64,000 bases of DNA. Origin: Proteocatella sp. Its GTDB lineage: Bacteria; Bacillota; Clostridia; Peptostreptococcales; Filifactoraceae. Shown in pieces: positions 1 through 8,274 of this stretch; the stretch's first letter is position 1, and each line of letters opens with the position of its first letter. The stretch lies in the NCBI GenBank assembly GCA_051653405.1, contig JBOFWC010000062.1:1439-65438 (forward strand), written 5' to 3'. The position numbers were made by a program, and so were the translations under genes. The notes beneath the pieces are model-generated. The model was not told the DNA's origin. It worked only from the letters and a program-made list of their open reading frames with translations, and ran no database searches.

Positions 1-2028
1 ATCTTCATTTGCAAATAAACTAAATTCCTTGCCAGCCCCAAATATATTAGCTGAGCTCACATCTTTTCCATCAACTTTAACATTTATAGCAACTGCATCT
101 CCACCAGCTTTGTTATAAATTCCGCCATCTAATACAGTTTTTATATTAGCTAAAGTAGTTTGTACGTCAGCTCCTATAGCAAAATCTTTTCCTGCTTCAA
201 GTGAAACTTCAAATGTTGATCCGCCACTAAGCACACCTTTTAGATTAAACTTGTCTCCATTAGAGAAGTTTGGTCCATTTACATCAAACTCTGTAATACT
301 ATAGTAGTTAGTAGCTTTAGCTCCAGCTGAAGATGTTCCTGCTGTTGCTGCTGCTGCGTAAGTTGGTTGAGTTGCTGGCGCTAAAGTTCTTCCATCTATT
401 GCAGTCTGTGTAACTGAATCAAACGTTATAGCTCCACCAGCCTTAGCTCCTATATTTATAGAACCATCTTCCGCTGTTCCATCTGCTGGTTTAGCGTTTG
501 CTGTAACTGTAAACATATCAGATACTTTAAATTGGCTTTCGTCAGTAAGTGTACCTGCTGCATCTTTAAATTTAGCATTGTTTAATGCATCAACTATTTT
601 TTGTGTTCCATCTTGAGTATTAAGGTTTCCAGCTTGGAACATATCTGCAGTAAGTTCTACTCTTGCTTCAAGTGCTGTACCATTTACTGTAAAGTTAAAT
701 GTAAGCACATCGCCAACTTTATAATCTGAAGTTGCTTTAACTAGGCCAGTAAGTCCTGAATTTGCCATAGAAGTACCTGCCACTGCTGCTGCTGTATTTG
801 TATCAGTAGCTCCACTAGTGTTCGATGTCTTAGCAACTCCCGTACCACCAATAACTCCAAGTGCCGCTTTATCTGTCTTAGATTCAAATATTAATCGGTC
901 TCCATCAACCTTTACATTAAACGCATCTGTAAAATCTTTATTTTGATTTAATAGATTTGCAACTGACTGAGCTTGTTCTTCTTTAGTAGTAGCAACCGCT
1001 GGAGTTCCTGCCTTAGTAGCAAACTGATTAGGTCCAACTACTGAGTCTTTACCAGTAAGTGTAATCTGAGTCCCTGCAGTTCCATCTGCCTTAGTAAAAT
1101 CTATAGTTAATGTTTCGCCATCAGCAAACGCTGTATCTATACTTACAGTTGAAGAAGCTGTAAGCTGCGTATTTGTAACCTTAACTGAATCTATTGCTGC
1201 AATTCCTGTAGAAGTAGCCGTTCCATCAGCTGGCATTCCTTCTGTTTTTGCTTTTAAAGTTATTTTCGTACCTTCAACGCTTACATCGAATTCATTAGCA
1301 AACTTGCTGTTAAGTTCTGCTTTTAATGAATCTGCTTGAGCCTGAACAGTGTCTCCAGTTATCGCTATTTCTCCAGCACCTGTATTAGCTCCATATCTCT
1401 TAGCTACTATAGTTCCTGTAGTTCCATCAGTTTTTGTATACCCTATTTCAATCTTATCGCCTTGACCTAAAGCTCCTTTTAGATCAATTGTATATTCGCC
1501 TTTTGTTCCAGTTCCGTCAACAGCTTTACCAACTGTGATTCCACCGTTTATTTGAATTGTTCCTGCTGTTCCTTTTACTTCTGTTGTTGTTGTTTTTGAT
1601 GAAGAAAGTTTTCCGTCAAGAAGTGTTATTCCGTTGAAGTTAGTACCTTTTGATATACGGTCTATTTCTTCGTTAAGAGCTACAACTTCTTTTTGGATAG
1701 CTTCACGGTCAACTTCGTCTTGGATTGTTCCGTTTGCTGATTTTGTAGCAAGCTCTGTCATACGGTTAAGCATTGAGTGTACTTCTGTAAGTGCTCCCTC
1801 TGCTGTTTGTACTAGAGATATACCATCGTTTGCATTTGCTTGAGCTGTCTCAAGACCTTTTATCTGAGCTCTCATTTTTTCAGATATTGCAAGACCTGCT
1901 GCATCATCACCTGCGCGGTTTATTTTAAACCCTGATGATAATTTTTCTAGAGATTTTGACGTCGCAACGTTGTTGCTTCCTAATGCTCTGTGAGCATTCA
2001 TTGCCGAAATGTTGTTTTGAATACGCAT
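1..2028 (-). CDS. fliC: Flagellin, N-terminal 676 codons (C-terminus lies beyond position 1)
   Basis: ATG at 2028 is preceded by AAGGAGGA. My translation starts MRIQNNISAMNAHRALGSNNVATSKSLEKLSSGFKINRAGDDAAGLAISEKMRAQIKGLETAQANANDGISLVQTAEGAL, the canonical flagellin D0/D1 N-terminus. The frame stays open to position 1. It is absent from the ORF track because no stop lies in the window. Confidence 0.9.
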   Translation of the reverse strand, partial: MRIQNNISAMNAHRALGSNNVATSKSLEKLSSGFKINRAGDDAAGLAISEKMRAQIKGLETAQANANDGISLVQTAEGALTEVHSMLNRMTELATKSANGTIQDEVDREAIQKEVVALNEEIDRISKGTNFNGITLLDGKLSSSKTTTTEVKGTAGTIQINGGITVGKAVDGTGTKGEYTIDLKGALGQGDKIEIGYTKTDGTTGTIVAKRYGANTGAGEIAITGDTVQAQADSLKAELNSKFANEFDVSVEGTKITLKAKTEGMPADGTATSTGIAAIDSVKVTNTQLTASSTVSIDTAFADGETLTIDFTKADGTAGTQITLTGKDSVVGPNQFATKAGTPAVATTKEEQAQSVANLLNQNKDFTDAFNVKVDGDRLIFESKTDKAALGVIGGTGVAKTSNTSGATDTNTAAAVAGTSMANSGLTGLVKATSDYKVGDVLTFNFTVNGTALEARVELTADMFQAGNLNTQDGTQKIVDALNNAKFKDAAGTLTDESQFKVSDMFTVTANAKPADGTAEDGSINIGAKAGGAITFDSVTQTAIDGRTLAPATQPTYAAAATAGTSSAGAKATNYYSITEFDVNGPNFSNGDKFNLKGVLSGGSTFEVSLEAGKDFAIGADVQTTLANIKTVLDGGIYNKAGGDAVAINVKVDGKDVSSANIFGAGKEFSLFANED

Positions 2029-2031
2029 ATT

Positions 2032-2072
2032 ATTATCCTCCTTGAATTTTCCTTATGGGATATCCTTATCCC
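2032..2072 (-). promoter_or_regulatory. Flagellin mRNA leader with putative CsrA sites (GGA in a hairpin loop plus GGA in the SD)
   Basis: The minus-strand RNA reads GGGAUA-AGGA-UAUCCC (2057-2072), a 6-bp stem with an AGGA loop. It is followed by AAGGAAAA and the SD AAGGAGGA just before the AUG. This layout is like the two CsrA sites of the B. subtilis hag leader. Confidence 0.5.
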
Positions 2073-2095
2073 TAGGATTGCATTAAAACTCTGGT

Positions 2096-2113
2096 ATTAT
2101 TAGCGCTAATAAT
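2096..2113. promoter_or_regulatory. 18-bp perfect palindrome ATTATTAGCGCTAATAAT in the flagellin leader
   Basis: Read directly from the sequence. It lies between the predicted -10 and the CsrA-type hairpin. Function unknown. Confidence 0.4.
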
Positions 2114-2131
2114 TTATACCTTCTACATATG

Positions 2132-2158
2132 TTATCGTAATAAATTTCAAAAACTTAA
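2132..2158 (-). promoter_or_regulatory. SigD (sigma-28)-like promoter for the flagellin gene
   Basis: The minus strand reads TTAA-N16-ACGATAA. This is the same architecture as the sites upstream of cheA, fliD, fliS and the parA-like gene in this window. B. subtilis consensus is TAAA-N15-GCCGATAT. Confidence 0.45.
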
Positions 2159-2172
2159 TAGTTTTTAAAAAA

Positions 2173-2382
2173 TTATTTTAAAATTATTCTGTATTTTAAA
2201 TCTTTAATCTCATTATCTTCTGGCGCTATACTCTGAAGCTGAAGTATAACTCTTAATGCTTCTTTTTCTTTATTTTCAAGTATAAGCTCATATATCCTGC
2301 GTTTTATTCCTCTTACTATATTTTCAAGTTCTTTTTTTCGCAGCATTTCTTTATTTATACTATCATTTCCCTCGTTTTTCAT
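2173..2382 (-). CDS. Small hypothetical protein (69 aa, charged, helical)
   Basis: ORF-track frame 2173-2394. The internal ATG at 2382 has TGGAGA 5 nt upstream, whereas the first ATG has no RBS. No family recognised. Confidence 0.4.
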   Translation of the reverse strand: MKNEGNDSINKEMLRKKELENIVRGIKRRIYELILENKEKEALRVILQLQSIAPEDNEIKDLKYRIILK

Positions 2383-2448
2383 TGGTATCTCCATTTTAAG
2401 GTTTTCTATATTATTATTATCGTCATAAATTTGATTTTAAATAATACA

Positions 2449-2475
2449 TTATTATTTACCTATTTTTGTCGATAT
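2449..2475 (+). promoter_or_regulatory. SigD-like promoter upstream of fliD
   Basis: TTAT-N16-TCGATAT on the plus strand, about 100 nt upstream of the fliD start. Confidence 0.4.
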
Positions 2476-2574
2476 TATTATATAAAATATTTTTTTATTT
2501 AAAACACTTTTATTTTAATGTTAATATATTTTCGCTAATTAAAATTTTTATATTATATGATGGGGAGTGAAACT

Positions 2575-4923
2575 ATGTACTCTATAAACACCTTAACAAA
2601 CAGTCAAGCGCCTTCTTCAAAAGCTATTGGCGGACTTGCTACAGGATTAAAGACTGATGAGATTATAAAAGGAATGACCAGTTCTACTAGACTGAAAATA
2701 GCACGTCAAAAACAAAACAGTCAGCTTCTTTCATGGCAAACGGATGCTTTTAGAGGTATCAGTGATAAACTTATAAATTTTTCCAAAAAATTCACTTCAT
2801 TTACTTCTGATACCAATCTTATAAGTTCAAGTTTTTATACAAAAACCGACATAAAAACCCTTGGAACAAATGCCTCTAAGGTAAGTGTTTCTGGTAGCTC
2901 TGAAATGGCTGAAAATATAAAAATCCTTTCGGCTTCTAAAGCTACTGATGGAACTATTCTTTCTTCTAACACCGCTTCTGACAAACTTCTAAGCGGCAAA
3001 GATGCAGTTAATTTTGATAATGTCAGTGTAAGCTCCGTAAATGGCCAAAAAATGGTTATTAAGTACAGCGGGGTTAGCTACACGCTTTCTTTTGATGATA
3101 AGAAATATACTGATGCTACTGATTTTGCAAATGCTCTCAACACAAAACTTTCTGAAGTATCTATTGACGGAAGCAGCGAAAAACTTTCTGATATAATGAA
3201 TGTCTCTGTAGCTGATGGAAAAATAAGTATCTCAGCTAAGCAATCTGGTAAAAATTTTGAGCTTACCGAGTTTTCAGATAATATGAAACCTGTGCTTGGT
3301 TTTGAAAAAACTCAATTTACAGATGGAAAAAAATCAGTTGTTTTTGGAACTGATTTTACTGGCACTCAAAATACTGGTAGTTTTACTAAGGCAAGCACAT
3401 TTTCAGATGCACTTGCAGATAAAGCTATTAGATTTTCACTAAATAATACTTCCAAAAATATATCTTTTACAAAAGCTGAGCTTGATGAAACTAAAACAGA
3501 TGGCGTATATGATAAAACTAAATTTGAAGCTCTATTCCAAAAGAAACTTGATACGGCATTTGGCAAAGATGCTATTAAGGTGGATTTTGATGCTGGCGGC
3601 AAGCTTAAATTTACAACTTCAAATTCAGGTTCAGTATTAAAGGTTCCTGATATTTCTCACACTGCTCAGGATTTGTTAAAACTTGAAATTGGTTCTTCAA
3701 ACAGACTTACTGATTCTACTAAACTTAGTGATATTGCTAGTTTAAGTGCTCCATTTGAATTAAACATAGACGGTACTGCGCATACCTTTGGTGCCGATGC
3801 TACTCTAAAAGATTTAAAGGATTATATAAATAATTCTGGAAAAAATATAACCGTAAATTATGTTGAAAGCTTAGACCGTTTTGAGTTTAAGTCCACAAAA
3901 AAGGATGGCACACCTATTGAACTTAGTGGAAATCTTTCAGAAAAATTATTTGGTACAAATTCCCCTGATAATAAATTTACAGTTCAATCATCATCTAGTG
4001 CTACGCTTAAAATTCAATACGGAGATGGTGCCGCAATAGAATTAACCAGTGATAATAACACGTTTAATGTAGATGACCTAACTATAAATATAAATGATAG
4101 TTTTTCATCACTTGATGATGGGGGAGCTATTACTGGTGACCCAATAAGACTTTCTGCAAAGACTGATACCTCTAAAATTTTTGATGCAGTTAAAGATATG
4201 GTTAAAGATTATAATGATATCGTTGATAATGTAAACAAAGCTTATAGCGAAAAGCCAAATCGTAAATTCCCTCCACTTACTGATGAACAACGAAAAGAAA
4301 TGTCTGAATCTGAAATTAAAGCTTGGGAGGAAAAGGCTAAAACGGGAATGCTATTTGGAAGCCGTGAAATGTCTTCGCTTAGTTTAGAACTTCGAAATGT
4401 TTTTTATTCTTCAAAAGAAGCTATGGAAAAACTAAATTCTGTAGGTATCTCAACTTCTACAAATTGGAAAGATCATGGAAAAATAATTATTGATGAAACT
4501 AAGCTTAAGGCTGCCATAGATTCTGATCCCGAAAATATAAAGAACTTATTTTCAGCCCCTCTTTCTAATAAAAAAGATGCAAATGGCGATGATCTCCTAG
4601 TTAATGGTAAGACTGTTGTAGATACTACTTCAGGTGGAGTAATGGCTAGACTTCAATATTTAACAGATAAATATGCTAAAACAGAGGGCTCTAATAAAGG
4701 TATCCTCATCGAAAAAGCTGGTAGTACCTCATCTCCGCTTTCGCTTACTAAAAATGATTTATTTGATAAAATGAGTAGCATTGATAAAATAATAAAAGAC
4801 CTTAACAGCACGCTAAATAGAGAAACTCTTCGTTATCAAAAACAATTTGCCAACCTAGAAACTGCTTACTCTAAGTTAACTGCCCAAAGTGGATGGCTTA
4901 TGCAGCAATTTGGAGGTCAATAA
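2575..4923 (+). CDS. fliD: Flagellar filament cap protein FliD (large, about 782 aa)
   Basis: The C-terminal region (DYNDIVDNVNKAY...LTDEQRKEMSESEIKAWEEKAKTGMLFGSREM...LRYQKQFANLETAYSKL) is typical of FliD. The ATG at 2575 has GGGGAG 7 nt upstream. The middle carries several flagellin-IN-like modules. Confidence 0.9.
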   Translation: MYSINTLTNSQAPSSKAIGGLATGLKTDEIIKGMTSSTRLKIARQKQNSQLLSWQTDAFRGISDKLINFSKKFTSFTSDTNLISSSFYTKTDIKTLGTNASKVSVSGSSEMAENIKILSASKATDGTILSSNTASDKLLSGKDAVNFDNVSVSSVNGQKMVIKYSGVSYTLSFDDKKYTDATDFANALNTKLSEVSIDGSSEKLSDIMNVSVADGKISISAKQSGKNFELTEFSDNMKPVLGFEKTQFTDGKKSVVFGTDFTGTQNTGSFTKASTFSDALADKAIRFSLNNTSKNISFTKAELDETKTDGVYDKTKFEALFQKKLDTAFGKDAIKVDFDAGGKLKFTTSNSGSVLKVPDISHTAQDLLKLEIGSSNRLTDSTKLSDIASLSAPFELNIDGTAHTFGADATLKDLKDYINNSGKNITVNYVESLDRFEFKSTKKDGTPIELSGNLSEKLFGTNSPDNKFTVQSSSSATLKIQYGDGAAIELTSDNNTFNVDDLTININDSFSSLDDGGAITGDPIRLSAKTDTSKIFDAVKDMVKDYNDIVDNVNKAYSEKPNRKFPPLTDEQRKEMSESEIKAWEEKAKTGMLFGSREMSSLSLELRNVFYSSKEAMEKLNSVGISTSTNWKDHGKIIIDETKLKAAIDSDPENIKNLFSAPLSNKKDANGDDLLVNGKTVVDTTSGGVMARLQYLTDKYAKTEGSNKGILIEKAGSTSSPLSLTKNDLFDKMSSIDKIIKDLNSTLNRETLRYQKQFANLETAYSKLTAQSGWLMQQFGGQ

Positions 4924-5333
4924 TGGATGATCTTAAATCAACCCAAAATATAATGATCTTGCTTAAGAAAAAACAGAATTTTATTCAGCAACTTTTGAAT
5001 TGCACTAATGGTATATCCGATTCTATGTCTCATGATGATTTTGATAGTGTCAATATGCTTCTTGATATGAGAGCATCACTCATGAATGATGTAGATATTT
5101 GCGATCAAGAAATACACAATTCACTTTCATTATTGTCAGATGAAGCTAGAATAAGAGTGTCTTGTCAATTATCTGATGCTAAAATAAAATCTGATGTATC
5201 TTTTGAAGAATCTAAAATTAAGGAACTCCAGATTATGATTAAAGCTACAACTTCAAAAATAATTGAAATTAATAAGTTTTTAGAAATTCAAATTGATGCA
5301 AAAAGAAAACTTTTATCTTTAGAAAATTCTTAA
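4923..5333 (+). CDS. Helical protein downstream of fliD, possible FliT-like export chaperone
   Basis: The ATG overlaps the fliD stop (TAATG). The protein is 136 aa and helical, in the position where fliS/fliT usually sit. No firm family match by eye. Confidence 0.45.
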   Translation: MDDLKSTQNIMILLKKKQNFIQQLLNCTNGISDSMSHDDFDSVNMLLDMRASLMNDVDICDQEIHNSLSLLSDEARIRVSCQLSDAKIKSDVSFEESKIKELQIMIKATTSKIIEINKFLEIQIDAKRKLLSLENS

Positions 5334-5364
5334 ATATTATTAGAAAACCCTTAAGTTTTTAATG

Positions 5365-5427
5365 AAAAAATCCTACATTATTTAACACTCATAAAAAAGT
5401 GTGTTTAAAAATAATGTAGGATTTTTT
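5365..5427. terminator. Bidirectional rho-independent terminator
   Basis: AAAAAATCCTACATTATTTAACAC pairs with GTGTTTAAAAATAATGTAGGATTTTTTT, with A and T runs on either side. It lies between convergent genes. Confidence 0.7.
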
Positions 5428-5433
5428 TAAGTT

Positions 5434-7029
5434 TTAATATTTATCTGAATTAAAAAATGCATTTTGTCTAACTTTTGGTGCTTTTGAAGCTTCTACGTTA
5501 GTTTCTGATTTAGTATCAGGCTCCGCTTTATTTTCTGATACTTCTTTTCGTATCGGTCTTCTTACTTCTTTTTTTATTTCTTCTTTTTTTACTTCTTGCT
5601 TAGGTTCTTCCTCAGCTTTTTTAGAAAAGGTTCTTTTTCTTTCTGTTTTTGTCACTTTTGGCTTTAAGTCTTCAGCTACGTTATCAACTTTTGGCTTTTC
5701 TGATTGAGATTTTGGTTGTGGAGGTGACTGCGATTTAACTTTTCTTGTTTTTACTCCATTTAATGATTTTTGATACTTAAATCTTTGAAGCATTGCCTTC
5801 ATTACATTTGCTTGGCTTGATAATTCTTGACTAGCCGCTGCCGATTCTTCTGATGTAGCTGAATTCATCTGAACTACTGAAGAAATTTGCTCTATTCCAG
5901 AAGTAACTTGTTTTATAGACCCTGCTTGTTCTTGGGATTTTTGTGATATATGGTCTACGTTTTCAACAATCTCTTTAGAACCTTTTTCTATATTCTCAAG
6001 TACTTCTGCAGTTTCATTCGCAATTTTCGTACCATTTTCTACTGCTATTATAGAGCTTTCTATAAGAGCAGTTGTATTTTTAGCTGCCTCCGCACTCTTA
6101 TTCGCTAGATTTCTTACTTCATCTGCAACTACAGCAAAACCCTTACCTGCTGCGCCTGCTCTTGCAGCTTCTACTGCCGCATTAAGCGCAAGTATATTAG
6201 TTTGGAAAGCTATATCTTCTATTGTCTTTATAATTTTTCCAATTTCACTAGATTTTTGATTTATTTCATTCATTGCAATTAGCATTTCATCCATTTGAGC
6301 ATTACTTTTTTGAATTTCTTCTCCAAGGTTTGCCACTTTTTGATTTGCTGAGTTTGCACTATGAGCATTTTGGTTAACCTGATCTGATATTTCCATTATT
6401 GCTGAAGAAAGCTCCTCTATTGAACTCGCTTGCTCTGTAGCTCCTTGTGAAAGAGTCTGTGCTCCTGAAGCCACTTGTTCTGCTCCTGAAGACACCTGTG
6501 AAAATGACTCATTTATTTGGTGTATAGTTTGGCTAAGACTTACAGCAAGTTTTTCTAATGCTGTATCTATAGCTTTAAAGTCGCCTATACTTTCATTTTC
6601 AAATTCAATTTCAAAATCTCCGCTTGCCATCTGAGATGCTAGCCTTTGTATCCCGTTGATATATTCGTTTACTACAAAAACAAATCCTCTTAGATTTTCA
6701 GCAAATTCTCCAAGTTCATCATCTGAGGTGTGCCTAATTTTGGTATTTAAATTTCCTTCAGATATAGCCTTCATATCTCGCTCTAATTCTTCTAATGGAT
6801 TTAATACTCTCTTTTTTATAGCATATGAGCTTAATAATACAAATACTATAATTGCTGCAAGATTTATAAACATAACTGCTAATAGCGTTATATTTGTTCC
6901 CTCATGTGCTGTATTTTCTGTCCATACTATGAACTTCAGCATAATAAGCGTTGTTATAACACTTACAGTTATAAGTACTGTAAATATTAAATTCATAAGC
7001 TTTTTGATAGTCATATTTTTAATGTTCAT
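5434..7029 (-). CDS. Methyl-accepting chemotaxis protein with a minimal extracellular loop and a long K/E/P-rich C-terminal tail
   Basis: Two TM helices separated by about 10 aa, then a HAMP domain and the MCP tip [48 protein letters not shown]. The ATG at 7029 has AAGGAGAG 8 nt upstream. Confidence 0.9.
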   Translation of the reverse strand: MNIKNMTIKKLMNLIFTVLITVSVITTLIMLKFIVWTENTAHEGTNITLLAVMFINLAAIIVFVLLSSYAIKKRVLNPLEELERDMKAISEGNLNTKIRHTSDDELGEFAENLRGFVFVVNEYINGIQRLASQMASGDFEIEFENESIGDFKAIDTALEKLAVSLSQTIHQINESFSQVSSGAEQVASGAQTLSQGATEQASSIEELSSAIMEISDQVNQNAHSANSANQKVANLGEEIQKSNAQMDEMLIAMNEINQKSSEIGKIIKTIEDIAFQTNILALNAAVEAARAGAAGKGFAVVADEVRNLANKSAEAAKNTTALIESSIIAVENGTKIANETAEVLENIEKGSKEIVENVDHISQKSQEQAGSIKQVTSGIEQISSVVQMNSATSEESAAASQELSSQANVMKAMLQRFKYQKSLNGVKTRKVKSQSPPQPKSQSEKPKVDNVAEDLKPKVTKTERKRTFSKKAEEEPKQEVKKEEIKKEVRRPIRKEVSENKAEPDTKSETNVEASKAPKVRQNAFFNSDKY

Positions 7030-7074
7030 ATCAAGGTCTCTCCTTATTCTCATTGAATAAATTTGAATATGAGC

Positions 7075-7521
7075 CTAAATCCCCTCATTTTTAAACTGCT
7101 TAAATTGGTGTCTTACGGCATATTCATTGTTTTCTAAAACGATCTGTTTTGCCTTCATGTTTTCTGGATTTACTATGATTGGGCTTTTTAGATTAACTGT
7201 ATTCTCGGTTATATTATCTTTTACAGTACATATCGCATAACAAAAAACCCCTTCTGTAGAATCACTTATTCCAAGTTCTTCTACATCTTCTTCTGTTAGC
7301 GATGGTGAGTAATCTGGTTTTAAATTAAAAGGGTTCACAAGCACAAATGCTAATTCTTTTTCATCTAAACTTTGGAGACACATCAAATCGTCACTTCCTA
7401 ATTCAAAATTTATCATTACATAATCTTTGAATTTTTCAAAACCTAAAATTCCGTTTTCAAACTTTAGAATTGAATCTTTTGAAATTGCAACTTCGTTGAA
7501 ATACTTTGTAGATATTTCCAT
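7075..7521 (-). CDS. fliW: Flagellar assembly factor FliW (copy 1)
   Basis: 148 aa with MEISTKYFNEV...FENGILGFE...LAFVLVNPF...TVNLKSPIIVN, the FliW pattern. It sits next to csrA. Confidence 0.9.
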   Translation of the reverse strand: MEISTKYFNEVAISKDSILKFENGILGFEKFKDYVMINFELGSDDLMCLQSLDEKELAFVLVNPFNLKPDYSPSLTEEDVEELGISDSTEGVFCYAICTVKDNITENTVNLKSPIIVNPENMKAKQIVLENNEYAVRHQFKQFKNEGI

Positions 7522-7572
7522 TTTTAAATCTCCTTTCTAACACATCCCTAATTTAAACCTTGTAAATTTTAA

Positions 7573-7815
7573 TTAAACCTTTTTATTTTTAGAATTTCCA
7601 AACACGTTCTTTATGTCATTTAATGATAATGTATTTGATTTTACTGCCTCTTTGTTTACTTCAGCGGCTGCTACAAGTTCTGTCCTCAGTATTGGTATTT
7701 CCTTTGGAGCTTCTATAGCTATTTTTACTTTTTCCCCAGTTATATCAACTATAGTAATCTTTATATTCTCATTTATCAGTAGTGATTCGCCTTTTTTTCT
7801 GTGAAGTATAAGCAT
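7573..7815 (-). CDS. csrA: Carbon storage / translational regulator CsrA
   Basis: MLILHRKKGESLLINENIKITIVDITGEKVKIAIEAPKEIPILRTEL is the canonical CsrA fold sequence, with a C-terminal extension as in the flagellar CsrA of Firmicutes. Confidence 0.95.
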   Translation of the reverse strand: MLILHRKKGESLLINENIKITIVDITGEKVKIAIEAPKEIPILRTELVAAAEVNKEAVKSNTLSLNDIKNVFGNSKNKKV

Positions 7816-7817
7816 AT

Positions 7818-8264
7818 TTACGACTCTCCTTCCGTAAACTGCCTTAATTCATGCCTAAACGTGTAATTTGAATTATCTAATATAATTTGTTTTGCCATCT
7901 TGTTTTGAGGATTAATAACGATTGGGCATTTTAGATTTACAGTACTTTCTGCTATAGTATCCTTTACAACACAGATTACATAATAAAGCACTCCTGTATT
8001 GTCACTTTCTATTTTTAGCGCCTTTATATCTTCTTCTGAAAGCTTTGGTTCATAGTCTGATTTTAAATCAAAGGGATTCATTAAAACAAATGCAAGTTCA
8101 CTATCTTCTATGTTTTGAAGACAGAGTATATTGTCGCTTCCTTTTTCAAATTCCATTATTACATATTTATGAACATATTCAAATCCAAATATTCCATCTT
8201 CAAAGTATATAATATCTGATTCTAAAACCTCGACATCATCAAAATATTTTGTAGATATCCTCAT
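7818..8264 (-). CDS. fliW: Flagellar assembly factor FliW (copy 2)
   Basis: MRISTKYFDDVEV...FEDGIFGFE...LAFVLMNPF...TVNLKCPIVINP. The ATG at 8264 has AAAGGAGAA upstream. The longer track ORF would overlap the upstream gene. Confidence 0.9.
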   Translation of the reverse strand: MRISTKYFDDVEVLESDIIYFEDGIFGFEYVHKYVIMEFEKGSDNILCLQNIEDSELAFVLMNPFDLKSDYEPKLSEEDIKALKIESDNTGVLYYVICVVKDTIAESTVNLKCPIVINPQNKMAKQIILDNSNYTFRHELRQFTEGES

Positions 8265-8274
8265 AGTTTCTCCT

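Noticed and set aside
1634-1843. Plus-strand 69-aa ORF from the track
   Set aside because: It lies entirely antisense to the highly conserved N-terminal flagellin coding region, has no RBS, and gives a low-complexity translation. The same reasoning rejects the other antisense track ORFs, for example 3366-3602, 4108-4290, 6656-7060, 7613-7804, 8432-8647, 10924-11379, 12059-12385, 30189-30410, 34065-34355, 38654-39076, 44901-45380, 50622-50981, 51012-51272, 62696-63121 and 62973-63272.
6100-6260. Possible inverted DNA repeat between the two MCP genes (6100-6260 versus 20540-20720) as a recombination substrate
   Set aside because: The similarity is only about 80% by eye and confined to the universally conserved signalling hairpin tip. 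It is explained by protein-level conservation.
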